This document shows, piece after piece, positions 6,989 to 16,106 of a stretch of 48,280 nt of DNA. The translations under genes were made by a program, and so were the position numbers. The notes below the pieces were generated by a model. The model did not search any database, had not been told where the DNA came from, and saw only the letters and a program-made list of their open reading frames with translations. Each line of letters starts with the position of its first letter. Position 1 is the stretch's first letter. Source of the DNA: an uncultured Planctomycetales bacterium (GTDB lineage: Bacteria > Omnitrophota > Gorgyraeia > Gygaellales > Profunditerraquicolaceae); NCBI GenBank assembly GCA_964593005.1, contig CAZQGT010000004.1, positions 1 through 48,280 on the forward strand, given 5' to 3'.

Positions 6989-8311
6989 TTAGAATGTTAC
7001 TTTCATTGAACCGATTAACTGAGTTGCAGCCTTCTCATTATCTGAGAGAGCATTGCCAGCTTTAAACATACCACCGGTTAAGGCAAACTGTACATCTTCA
7101 GTATAATCATAGGCAGCGGTAATATCCAGGGCATCGCCAAGGTGTTTTTTACCAGTGTAGGTGGCGCCGCTTAGATAAGTACTGCTTCCATCATAAGAAG
7201 ATGGGCTGTTAAAAGTTGATCCAGGATGTTTTTCAGCTACATCATAGTAACCGTAGACAGCTGATAATGTAACATCTTCAACTGGTTTACAGCTAGCTTT
7301 TAGATTCAAAGCGCTCATATTGGTAAAAGGTAAAAGCGCATATACGATGTTGTTAAGCTGTTGATTGTAGAACATGGAATCCCATCCTTCATTTCTGGTG
7401 CCACTAGATTCGCCACCAGAAAGATATGTCCAGGAAGCTCCGATCTTAGGAGTCATTTTTACTTTAGCAAAGGTGTAATCTGCCATTGCCTGAATAGCCC
7501 AAGCATCGTGTTTTTTCTGTCCAGCTGTAGCAGTGTTTTTTCCAAACTGATAAGCAGCTTCTAATGAAGCTGTTAAATTCTCAATCGGTGTGGTAGAAAC
7601 TAAACCGCCGATTGTGTTAACCTTATCTTTTTTGTCACCGCTTGTAGTGTTATCTTTCTTTATCCAGTAATAACCGGAAACATTAACCTTTGAATTTAAT
7701 GTGTAGGTAGCGTTAACACCAGCTAAGCTGATTGTGTCTCTGTCAGTTGTTGTGCTTTGTTTAACTTGAGCATAAACCAAATCCACAACTAATGGATCAT
7801 AGTCTAAGGTAGCGCGTATTGCATCAAATGCGGCTCTCTTAGAAAGATCAGTAGGTATGCTGGTTGTTCCACTAGCTGCACCTGATTTTCCAATTACCAA
7901 ACTATTGCCAAAGCTAATTTCCTGGCGACCAATAGTTAAGCTCAAAGGAGAATACAGGAATTCTTTTAAGGTAACATAAGCAAGATCTAAATCAATGTTG
8001 GTATTATTGTTGCCAGACTCGGTGTCATTCTGCCCGTTCCAGATTCTTTCATTGATTAATCTTACAGTAGCCATAACATTATCAGTAAGATCTGCGTCAA
8101 TACGCACCCTTGTTTGAGTCATTAGAAAAGTTTGTTTCAGGGCGCTTTTGTCACCATCGGTTTGATATCTTAAACCAAAATGGCTTCTTGCTACACCACT
8201 TGCTGTGATGTCACCACTTACCTTTACATTCTGAACTTCGGCGTAGACAGGGCTAAATACTAACCCGGCTACCAAAGCAAGCGCTAATACTATAATCAAG
8301 CGTTTACCCAT
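6989..8311 (-). CDS. Outer-membrane beta-barrel porin (alginate-export-family-like)
   Basis: Signal peptide (..VYA-EV), alternating amphipathic beta strands, LTIGRQEI.FG and FDAIR motifs, C-terminal Phe (MKVTF). Strong RBS. Confidence 0.82.
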   Translation of the reverse strand: MGKRLIIVLALALVAGLVFSPVYAEVQNVKVSGDITASGVARSHFGLRYQTDGDKSALKQTFLMTQTRVRIDADLTDNVMATVRLINERIWNGQNDTESGNNNTNIDLDLAYVTLKEFLYSPLSLTIGRQEISFGNSLVIGKSGAASGTTSIPTDLSKRAAFDAIRATLDYDPLVVDLVYAQVKQSTTTDRDTISLAGVNATYTLNSKVNVSGYYWIKKDNTTSGDKKDKVNTIGGLVSTTPIENLTASLEAAYQFGKNTATAGQKKHDAWAIQAMADYTFAKVKMTPKIGASWTYLSGGESSGTRNEGWDSMFYNQQLNNIVYALLPFTNMSALNLKASCKPVEDVTLSAVYGYYDVAEKHPGSTFNSPSSYDGSSTYLSGATYTGKKHLGDALDITAAYDYTEDVQFALTGGMFKAGNALSDNEKAATQLIGSMKVTF

Positions 8312-8410
8312 GTTTTTACTCCTCCTTTTTTGTTAACTGTGATAGATATATAGTTAACTAGGCTAATAAACATTATCGCCTAGGATAATTTCTTCAAGTT
8401 ACTTATAAAC

Positions 8411-8438
8411 ATTTTACATATAACTCTTTAATTGTCAA
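8411..8438 (-). promoter_or_regulatory. Sigma70 promoter of the porin gene
   Basis: TTGACA-16 bp-TAAAAT on the minus strand. Confidence 0.7.
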
Positions 8439-8471
8439 GAGTTTTTTACCTTGCCGGTGACCTTGCCGAAT

Positions 8472-8522
8472 TAATAGGGACAGCGACCATTATCCAAACG
8501 ATAATGGTCGCTGTCCCTATTA
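8472..8522. repeat. Palindromic element copy 1 (23-bp perfect inverted repeat)
   Basis: TAATAGGGACAGCGACCATTATC-caaac-GATAATGGTCGCTGTCCCTATTA, nearly identical to 25937-25986. Confidence 0.85.
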
Positions 8523-8523
8523 T

Positions 8524-8994
8524 CTACTTTACCGGGGATTTAGCTTTTTTACCCGCAGTTTGTGATTTTGGGCCTAAGGAAATGATTAAAATAATACTGC
8601 TTCCCTTTGGTTCAATAGTAATAATACAGCTCTCGTTCTCCCTTTCAAAGTTCAAAAGCCTCTGGCCGTATTCTACAATATTCACCAGGTTCCAGTTATA
8701 CATAGCCATTTGTTCTTTGTAAAAACTCACTACCTGATCAGGGCTATTCTTACCCTGGTATTTCAATACCCCCACGCGCACGCCGGAACTCTCAAAAGAA
8801 TATGACTGGTTGGGCAGGTTTCTTAAACCTACAGGCACAGGGATATCGCTGAATTTAAGAATCGCCTGCGGTTCAAGCATTCCGGGATTAGCTGATTTGG
8901 CGTCGCTGTTTCCTGAGAGGCTGGCGCATCCTGTAAGAACTGTTGCCAGTAAACAGAATGCAGCGGGTAGTAAAAAAAGTTTTAAAAATTTCAT
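8524..8994 (-). CDS. Lipoprotein of unknown function
   Basis: Signal peptide with lipobox LTGC and a basic C-terminus. Confidence 0.8.
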   Translation of the reverse strand: MKFLKLFLLPAAFCLLATVLTGCASLSGNSDAKSANPGMLEPQAILKFSDIPVPVGLRNLPNQSYSFESSGVRVGVLKYQGKNSPDQVVSFYKEQMAMYNWNLVNIVEYGQRLLNFERENESCIITIEPKGSSIILIISLGPKSQTAGKKAKSPVK

Positions 8995-9644
8995 CTTACC
9001 TCCTTCTTGGCTAAGAAAATTCCGACATCTCCATAAATTTTGTTAATCTCATCTTGAGTCAATCCTGAGTCCAGCCCTGTTTTGATTAATTCCTCGGGTG
9101 AAATAATATCTTCCGGGCAGTGGCTGTCATTATTTAAGATTAATTTTGCCTCAAATTTTCTTGCTTGTTTTACAACATAAGAATTAGTTTGCTTGTGCCC
9201 ATGCCGGCTGGTAACTTCGAGGAATACCCCCCGTTCTTTTGCCAGTTTTGTGTCTTCGTCAGAAATTAATCCCGGATGGGCCAGGATATCAATATCAGCT
9301 AACAAGGCGGAATGGTTGGTATTTTTTGCCACCGGCTCAACGCAAGTTTCTCCGTGAGCAATAATAATTTTAATCCCTTCCCTCCTTGCCAGGGCGGCTA
9401 AAGGTTTAAATTGTTCAGGAGGAAGATGAGTTAATTCAATCCCCGGTAATACCTTGATTTGTGAGTTTTTAGGCCAGCGTTTGCAGAATTCAACAATCGC
9501 TTTGGCAGCCTGCTTGATATTGCTATAATCAGCATGGTCAGTTATGGCGATTACCTTATAACCTTTGTCCTGATAGCGCACGGCTACTTCTGAAGGAAGC
9601 AGGTCTCCGTCGCTTAAGAATGTGTGTGCGTGTAGATTATACAT
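8991..9644 (-). CDS. PHP-domain metallo-phosphoesterase (histidinol-phosphatase-like)
   Basis: HAHT..SDG, AITDH, HGET, DILAHPG, DSH metal ligands. Confidence 0.88.
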   Translation of the reverse strand: MYNLHAHTFLSDGDLLPSEVAVRYQDKGYKVIAITDHADYSNIKQAAKAIVEFCKRWPKNSQIKVLPGIELTHLPPEQFKPLAALARREGIKIIIAHGETCVEPVAKNTNHSALLADIDILAHPGLISDEDTKLAKERGVFLEVTSRHGHKQTNSYVVKQARKFEAKLILNNDSHCPEDIISPEELIKTGLDSGLTQDEINKIYGDVGIFLAKKEVR

Positions 9645-9654
9645 AAGATTTAAG

Positions 9655-9728
9655 TGCGCCTGGCAGGAATCGAACCTGCCGCACGCAGTTTAGGAAACTG
9701 CTGCTCTATCCTTATGAGCTACAGGCGC
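9655..9728 (-). tRNA. tRNA-Arg(CCT)
   Basis: GCGCCTG acceptor stem, D arm GCTC/GAGC, anticodon arm GCAGT-TTCCTAA-ACTGC, T-loop GGTTCGATTCC. CCA is not encoded. Confidence 0.95.
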
Positions 9729-9756
9729 AAAATTTAATTTACACCCCGCCGCGGGC

Positions 9757-10290
9757 TTATTCTCCGTGCAGTTTAACTAAAGAATGCAGCGGGTACTCTT
9801 TTAATTTATCCCTGCCATGCAAGTCAACCAGCTCAATAACAAAACCTATTCCTATGATTTTACCTTGCAGTTGTTTTACTAGGCCGGTTACTGCTTTGAT
9901 TGTCCCGCCGGTAGCTAAAAGATCGTCAATGATTAAAACTTTTTCTCCGCCGGTTATAGCATCTTTATGTATTTCCAGGGTATCTCTGCCGTATTCCAGT
10001 TTATAGGTTGTGGAAATTGTTTTGTAAGGAAGTTTCCCTTTTTTGCGCACCGGCACAAATCCTGCCCCGATCTTATGCGCAACCGCCGCGCCGAATATAA
10101 AACCGCGTGCCTCTACCCCGACAACCTTATCAATTTTCTTACCTTTATATTTCTTGACCAATAAATCCACGGATTTCTTAAACGCGGATTTATTCTGAAT
10201 TAAGGTGGTTACATCATAGAAAATAATTCCTGGTTTGGGAAAATCAGGAATATGTCTTATGGATTCTTCCAAAAGGCGGTTGTTCTTCAT
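9757..10290 (-). CDS. apt: Adenine phosphoribosyltransferase
   Basis: IPDFPKPGI.F.D, EARGF, RKKGKLP, LEYG, IIDDLLATGGT. Confidence 0.96.
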   Translation of the reverse strand: MKNNRLLEESIRHIPDFPKPGIIFYDVTTLIQNKSAFKKSVDLLVKKYKGKKIDKVVGVEARGFIFGAAVAHKIGAGFVPVRKKGKLPYKTISTTYKLEYGRDTLEIHKDAITGGEKVLIIDDLLATGGTIKAVTGLVKQLQGKIIGIGFVIELVDLHGRDKLKEYPLHSLVKLHGE

Positions 10291-11102
10291 AGTTCTTTCT
10301 CCTGTCCGACAACAAATTTTTTTAGTTTTCTTAAAGCCGTTTCTTCAATCTGGCGGATCCTCTCGCGGGAAACACCCATCTTCTTGGCAACTTCTGCCAG
10401 AGTCTGGGGTTTGCTGTGGCTTAAGCCAAAACGCAGGTCCAGGATCTCTCTTTCCCTTTCGGACATAACTTCAAGAAGATTATCTATTCTTTCCCGGTCA
10501 AGAAAATGTTCAATTTCGGCGTCAGGCGGAGTAGCATTTTTATCTTCTATTAATTCCGACATTTGATTATCGCTGTCTTCACCAATCGGGGCTTCCAGCG
10601 ACGATGTGGTGCTGGACATCCAAAAATTAATCTTATCAATTTTATCAGTTGAGAGTTTCAGCTTTTTGGCAATTTCAGCGTCACTTGGGACGCGCTTTAA
10701 CTTTTGGCTTAACCGTTCTTTGCACTTCTTCCACTTAGCGATCAGGTCATTCATGTATACCGGTACGCGGATCATTTTACCCTGTTCGCTGATAGAACGG
10801 GTAATTCCCTGTTTGATCCACCAGGCAGCGTAGGTTGAGAAACGGAAACCTTTGCGGTAATCAAATTTTTCTACCGCTTTCATTAACCCCAGGTTCCCCT
10901 CTTCGATTAAATCCAGGAAAGGAGTCCCTAGCCGCATATACCTTTTGGCAATGTTGATTACCAGCCTCAGGTTAGCCCGGATCATTTCCTTGCGCGCTAT
11001 TTCATCCCCTTTGCGTATGCGTTTATTCAATTCAACTTCCTGCTTAGCGGTTAAAAGCGGGATTTGCCTGACTTCTTTGAGGTATGTTTTTAAAGCTTCC
11101 AT
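10287..11102 (-). CDS. Sigma70-family factor, RpoD/RpoS-like, lacking region 1.1
   Basis: YLKEV..IPLLT, ANLRLVI.IAKRY, DLIEEGNLGL.KAVEKFD..KGFRFSTYAAWWI.Q, SRERIRQIE. Confidence 0.92.
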   Translation of the reverse strand: MEALKTYLKEVRQIPLLTAKQEVELNKRIRKGDEIARKEMIRANLRLVINIAKRYMRLGTPFLDLIEEGNLGLMKAVEKFDYRKGFRFSTYAAWWIKQGITRSISEQGKMIRVPVYMNDLIAKWKKCKERLSQKLKRVPSDAEIAKKLKLSTDKIDKINFWMSSTTSSLEAPIGEDSDNQMSELIEDKNATPPDAEIEHFLDRERIDNLLEVMSEREREILDLRFGLSHSKPQTLAEVAKKMGVSRERIRQIEETALRKLKKFVVGQEKEL

Positions 11103-11111
11103 AGGTTTTTT

Positions 11112-11158
11112 CAGGGACGGTTCTATGCAAAATGTTTATACGAATAGAACCGTCCCTG
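11112..11158. repeat. Palindromic element (15-bp perfect inverted repeat, GGGAC...GTCCC type)
   Basis: CAGGGACGGTTCTAT-N17-ATAGAACCGTCCCTG between ppdK and the sigma factor gene. Confidence 0.7.
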
Positions 11159-11167
11159 CATGTTAAA

Positions 11168-13906
11168 TTATTTCCCTTTTTTATCCCTTAACGCTGCCTG
11201 AGCTGCTGCTAACTTTGCGATCGGCACCCTGAATGGCGAGCAGCTGACATAGTTCATGCCGACATTGTGGCAGAATTCTACCGACTTGGGTTCACCACCG
11301 TGTTCTCCGCAGATGCCCACTTCCAGTTTTTTGTTGGTGGAGCGCCCGCGTTTGATACCCATTTTGATCAATTCGCCGACACCTTCCTGGTCAATGCTTT
11401 GGAAAGGATCTTCCGGGAGAATGCCTTTTTTGATGTATTCAGGAACAAATCCTCCGATATCGTCTCGGGAGAAACCAAAACTCATCTGAGTCAGGTCATT
11501 GGTTCCGAAAGAGAAGAATTGCGCAACGGTGGCCAATTTATCAGCGACAATTGCCGCCCGGGGGATTTCGATCATAGTACCAAAGAGATGTTTGATCTTT
11601 TTTAGCCCGTATTTAGCCAACACTTCTTTATAGATTTTCTGAGCGATTGCCAGCTGATCTGTTAATTCTTTTACATCGCAAACTACCGGGATCATTATTT
11701 CCGGATACGGGTCTTTTCCTTCTTTAACCAGTTCAGCGGCCGCTTCCAGTATCGCGCGGATCTGCATGGAGCTGACTTCAGGATAGGTAATACCTAAACG
11801 CACGCCGCGATGCCCCATCATCGGGTTTGATTCATGCAAGGCCTCGGCTCTCTTGGTCAGCTCTTTCATATCGATATTTAAATCATGGGCTAACTGTTCA
11901 AGCTTGGCCTGCTCGCGGGGAACGAACTCATGCAGCGGCGGGTCCAGTAAACGAATAACTACCGGGAATCCATCCATTGCCGCAATCGTTCCCTTGATAT
12001 CTTTTTTCGCAAAAGGGAACAATTCATCTAAAGCCTTTTGTCTTTCCTCAGTAGTTTTAGAAACAATCATTTTACGTAACAGGAACAATGGTTGATCAGA
12101 TCCTTTGCCGTAGAACATGTGTTCAGTACGGAAAAGCCCGATGCCTTCGGCCCCGAATTGCAGGGCTTTTTGAGCATCATCCGGAGATTCAGCGTTAGTA
12201 CGCACGCCCAGCTTCTTGATCGCATCACACATTTTCAGGAATTCTGAAAGTATCATATTTTCTTCAGAGGCATCCATCATCGGAAGCTGCCCTTCATAAA
12301 CATTGCCTTTGGTACCGTTTAAGGTGATCCAGTCGCCTTCTTTGAGAATTTTACCTTCTACCTGGACTAATTTTTTATCCAGGTCAACATGCATCGCGGA
12401 GCATCCGACAATACAGCATTTGCCCCAACCGCGGGCCACTAAAGCCGCGTGCGAGGTCATTCCGCCGCGGGCAGTAAGGATTGCCTGGGCTACGCGCATA
12501 CCTTCCACATCTTCCGGGTTAGTCTCTTCGCGCACCAGGATTACTTTTTTTCCGGTTTTTGCCCACTCCACCGCGTCATTAGAGGAAAAAACAATTTGTC
12601 CGCAGGCGCCGCCCGGACCGGCAGGAAGCCCTTTGGCAAAAGGCTTAACCCCGAGTTCTGTTTTTGGATCAATAATCGGGTGAAGCAGCTCATCTAATTG
12701 CGAAGGCGTAACCCGTGTTACCGCCTGTTCTTTTTTAATCATTTTTTCTTTAACCATATCCACAGCCATGCGCACGGCAGCCGGGCCGTTGCGTTTTCCT
12801 ATCCTGCACTGCAGCATAAAGAGCTTGCCTTTTTCAATAGTGAACTCAATATCCTGCATATCATGATAGTGTTTTTCCAGGCGATTCTGGATAGAGTAAA
12901 GCTCTTTGTATATCTTTGGCATTGCTTTCTCTAAGGTAAGTAATTCTTTATTGTGGCTGCTGGTGGAATATTCATTGATTGGAGCCGGGGTTCGGATACC
13001 GGCAACTACATCTTCACCCTGGGCATTGATCAGGTATTCGCCGTAGAAATTATTCTCTCCGTTTCCCGGGTTACGGGTAAAGGCTACGCCGGTCGCTGAG
13101 TCATTTCCCATATTTCCGAAGACCATGGTTTGCACGTTTACCGCGGTGCCCCAGGCATCCGGAATATTCTCGATCCTGCGGTAGCTGATGGCGCGTTTTC
13201 CGTTCCATGAGGAAAACACCGCGCCTATCCCGCCCCATAATTGCTCCATTGGCTGATCAGGGAATTCTTTACCCAGGACTTCTTTGATCTTAAGCTTGAA
13301 TTGAGCGCAGAGCTTTTTTAAATCATCGTCATCTAAATCCGTATCGCTGGAATAATTTTTTGATTTTTTCAATTCAGCCATCACCTTTTCCAGCTGTTTG
13401 CGGATCCCTTCTTCTCCTTTTGGCTCAATGCCGGCGGCCTTTTCCATAACTACATCGGAATACATCATAATCAGCCTGCGGTAGGCATCATAAACAAAAC
13501 GGCTGTTGCCTCCGCTTTGTTTGATCAATCCGGGAATGGTCTTTTCGGTCAAGCCCACATTTAAAACCGTCTCCATCATCCCGGGCATTGATTTTCTCGC
13601 GCCGGATCTGACGGAAAATAATAACGGATTGTCGGCATCCCCGAATTTCCTGCCCATTATTTTTTCTACCTTTTCCAGGGCTTTTTCTACCTGGGTTTTT
13701 AATTCTTGAGGGTATTTCTTTTTATGCTGGTAATAGTATGTGCAGACCTCTGTGGTGCAGGTGAAGCCCGGAGGTACTGGGAGCATTAAATTTTTATTTC
13801 CGGCCATTTCAGCCAGGTTTGCGCCTTTTCCGCCTAAGAGGTTTTTCATGCTTTCGTTGCCATCTGCTTTGCCGCCGCCAAAACTATAAACATATTTCTT
13901 TGCCAT
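11168..13906 (-). CDS. ppdK: Pyruvate, phosphate dikinase
   Basis: LLGGKGANLAEM, SVRSGA, GGMTSHAA (phospho-His), GIGLFRTEHMF, FSFGTNDLTQM, GICGEHGG. Confidence 0.97.
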   Translation of the reverse strand: MAKKYVYSFGGGKADGNESMKNLLGGKGANLAEMAGNKNLMLPVPPGFTCTTEVCTYYYQHKKKYPQELKTQVEKALEKVEKIMGRKFGDADNPLLFSVRSGARKSMPGMMETVLNVGLTEKTIPGLIKQSGGNSRFVYDAYRRLIMMYSDVVMEKAAGIEPKGEEGIRKQLEKVMAELKKSKNYSSDTDLDDDDLKKLCAQFKLKIKEVLGKEFPDQPMEQLWGGIGAVFSSWNGKRAISYRRIENIPDAWGTAVNVQTMVFGNMGNDSATGVAFTRNPGNGENNFYGEYLINAQGEDVVAGIRTPAPINEYSTSSHNKELLTLEKAMPKIYKELYSIQNRLEKHYHDMQDIEFTIEKGKLFMLQCRIGKRNGPAAVRMAVDMVKEKMIKKEQAVTRVTPSQLDELLHPIIDPKTELGVKPFAKGLPAGPGGACGQIVFSSNDAVEWAKTGKKVILVREETNPEDVEGMRVAQAILTARGGMTSHAALVARGWGKCCIVGCSAMHVDLDKKLVQVEGKILKEGDWITLNGTKGNVYEGQLPMMDASEENMILSEFLKMCDAIKKLGVRTNAESPDDAQKALQFGAEGIGLFRTEHMFYGKGSDQPLFLLRKMIVSKTTEERQKALDELFPFAKKDIKGTIAAMDGFPVVIRLLDPPLHEFVPREQAKLEQLAHDLNIDMKELTKRAEALHESNPMMGHRGVRLGITYPEVSSMQIRAILEAAAELVKEGKDPYPEIMIPVVCDVKELTDQLAIAQKIYKEVLAKYGLKKIKHLFGTMIEIPRAAIVADKLATVAQFFSFGTNDLTQMSFGFSRDDIGGFVPEYIKKGILPEDPFQSIDQEGVGELIKMGIKRGRSTNKKLEVGICGEHGGEPKSVEFCHNVGMNYVSCSPFRVPIAKLAAAQAALRDKKGK

Positions 13907-13950
13907 TACTTTTTAAACCCTTCCTTTCTATGCTTTGTTGATATTATTAT

Positions 13951-15255
13951 CTAACAAAGTTGTTTGGTTAAATAATCCTTTAATTTATCTATTGAAATCC
14001 TTTCCTGTAACATGGTGTCCCTGCTGCGCACGGTTACTTGTTTATCCTCCAGGGTCTGGACGTCTACAGTTACGCAGTAAAGGGTCCCTACTTCATCCTG
14101 CCGGCGGTAAAGCTTGCCGATAGAGCCGGTGTCGTCATAAACCGTGACTATTGATTTTTTTAAATCCCCTGCTATCTTGTTGGCAAGTTCCGTAATCTCC
14201 GGCCTATTGCGTAAAAGCGGCAGCACTGCCACTTTGGTGGGAGCTAAGTCTTTATGGATTTTTAAGACTATCCGTTTATCATCTTTGACTTTTTCTTCAT
14301 GGTAGGCATCGACTAAAAATGCCAGCAAGGCCCGGTCAACTCCGCCCGATGGTTCAATGATATACGGGTAAAACTTTTCTTTTGCGGCATCGTCAAAATA
14401 TTGCAGGTCTTTGCCGCTGTATTGCGCGTGTTGTTTTAAATCAAAATCAGCCCGGTTGGCAATTCCTTCCAGTTCGCTCCAGCCGAAAGGAAAGTTGTAC
14501 TCTACATCCATACAGGCGTGGGCGTAATGAGCCAGTTCGTCTTTTCCGTGCTGGCGTTTTCTCAAGTTATCGTTTTTTATCCCAAGGTTCAGGTACCAGT
14601 TAAAACGGTATTCTATCCACTGCTCAAGGGCCTTGTCTGCTTCAGACGGCCTTACGAAATATTCAATCTCCATCTGTTCAAATTCCCGGGTGCGGAAGGT
14701 GAAGTTTCCCGGAGTTATTTCGTTGCGGAATGATTTGCCGATTTGGGCCAGGCCAAAAGGAAGTTTAGGGTGGCGCGAATCAAGGATGTTCAGGAAATTT
14801 ACGAACATCCCCTGGGCGGTTTCCGGACGGATATAAATTACGTTTGAACTGTCTTCAACCGGGCCCTGATGGGTTTTAAACATCAAATTAAACGGGCGGC
14901 TCTCGGTAAGCTCCCCGGAGCATTCCGGGCAGTGCGCCTTATCTTTAAGGTCGGCGCTTTTAAAACGTTTTTTGCAATTTTTACAATCGCTTTTTAAGTC
15001 AAAGAAATTCTGAACATGGCCGCTGGCCTCCCAGGTCATCGGGTGCATAAGGATAGCCGAATCCATGCCTAGTATATCGTTACGTTCATAGACATTGGCC
15101 TTCCACCAGGCGCGTTTGAGGTTATTTTTAAGCTCTACTCCATAGGGGCCGTAATCCCAGGTGTTGGCCAGGCCCCCGTAGATCTCGCTGCTTTGAAAAA
15201 TAAACCCTCTGCGCTTGCATAGGGAAACAACCTTGTCCATTAAATTTTCTGTCAT
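13951..15255 (-). CDS. glyQS: Glycine--tRNA ligase (alpha2 homodimer type)
   Basis: KRRGF..SSEIYGG, RPETAQG, QIGKSFRNEI.P, RTREFEQME, ELEGIA.R.DFDL, IEPS.GVDR, IGKLYRRQDE. Confidence 0.96.
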   Translation of the reverse strand: MTENLMDKVVSLCKRRGFIFQSSEIYGGLANTWDYGPYGVELKNNLKRAWWKANVYERNDILGMDSAILMHPMTWEASGHVQNFFDLKSDCKNCKKRFKSADLKDKAHCPECSGELTESRPFNLMFKTHQGPVEDSSNVIYIRPETAQGMFVNFLNILDSRHPKLPFGLAQIGKSFRNEITPGNFTFRTREFEQMEIEYFVRPSEADKALEQWIEYRFNWYLNLGIKNDNLRKRQHGKDELAHYAHACMDVEYNFPFGWSELEGIANRADFDLKQHAQYSGKDLQYFDDAAKEKFYPYIIEPSGGVDRALLAFLVDAYHEEKVKDDKRIVLKIHKDLAPTKVAVLPLLRNRPEITELANKIAGDLKKSIVTVYDDTGSIGKLYRRQDEVGTLYCVTVDVQTLEDKQVTVRSRDTMLQERISIDKLKDYLTKQLC

Positions 15256-15389
15256 AGTCCTATATACTTTCGCGTCTTGAAATTAAACTTGGATGGCCGC
15301 TCAAGTATTTCATTTATGCGGCCCCTGAGTTATTCATTTTTAGCATAATATAACTTAAAGAGCAAGAAGATTTTAAGCAGAGGATTACG

Positions 15390-16106
15390 TTAATCTATCG
15401 GCTTGGCAGTTGATATTATAGCAAATACATTGTTTAAATCCAAATGCGCGCCGATATCTTTTATATACACCTTAAAGAAATTATCCCGGGAATCCAATAT
15501 ATTACAATCAAAATAATTGTTTGGCTTAGCCATACTGTAGTTAATAAACCCTTTTTTATCCCCTATTTCAAACTCAATCATCCGGCAAATACACTGTTGG
15601 CCTATATCCGGAGTAAATACGCTCTTCATAATTGTAAAGAAGGCATCGGTAATATTATTTAATTTGCTAAGGTTAGCATACATCAGCCGGCGGATAAATT
15701 CATAGTTATTCTTTACCCCTTGTTTTTGTACGTCAGGATAAAGCTTTATAAAAGCGCCCGGTTCCTGGCGTAAAAGGTAAATCACGGCTTCATTATCAAG
15801 CCGTCTTTTTTTGTAGTACCTCCTTTTGATTAATTCCTGCACCAGGCTAAATCCCTTAGGCGCGGAGATGGACATCTTCGGGAATTTTTGCGGAACGAGG
15901 GTTTCAGTATATTCTTTATTAACCTCAGGCGTAATTATTTCTTCATCCGGCTGCATGCAAAGAATAGGGACAGTCTTGCAATCTCCGATACCGTAGGATA
16001 CATACTGTCTTAAGATATTCGGCCCGGCAAACTTAATTATGAATAACAGGCATATGATCAGTGATGCCGCTTTGATTAAGAATTTCAGGAATTTATTGGC
16101 CTTCAT
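15390..16106 (-). CDS. Hypothetical protein with N-terminal membrane anchor
   Basis: 238-aa ORF overlapping the panB stop, with one N-terminal hydrophobic helix. No recognisable family. Confidence 0.75.
   Translation of the reverse strand: MKANKFLKFLIKAASLIICLLFIIKFAGPNILRQYVSYGIGDCKTVPILCMQPDEEIITPEVNKEYTETLVPQKFPKMSISAPKGFSLVQELIKRRYYKKRRLDNEAVIYLLRQEPGAFIKLYPDVQKQGVKNNYEFIRRLMYANLSKLNNITDAFFTIMKSVFTPDIGQQCICRMIEFEIGDKKGFINYSMAKPNNYFDCNILDSRDNFFKVYIKDIGAHLDLNNVFAIISTAKPID

Noticed and set aside
8332-8385. Two small hairpins in the porin 5' UTR
   Set aside because: They are weak and AT-rich, consistent with ordinary mRNA-stabilising stems, with no riboswitch consensus.
9655-9728. tRNA-Arg as an integration site for a genomic island
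   Set aside because: No integrase and no duplicated tRNA 3' end were seen, and the flanks are housekeeping genes.
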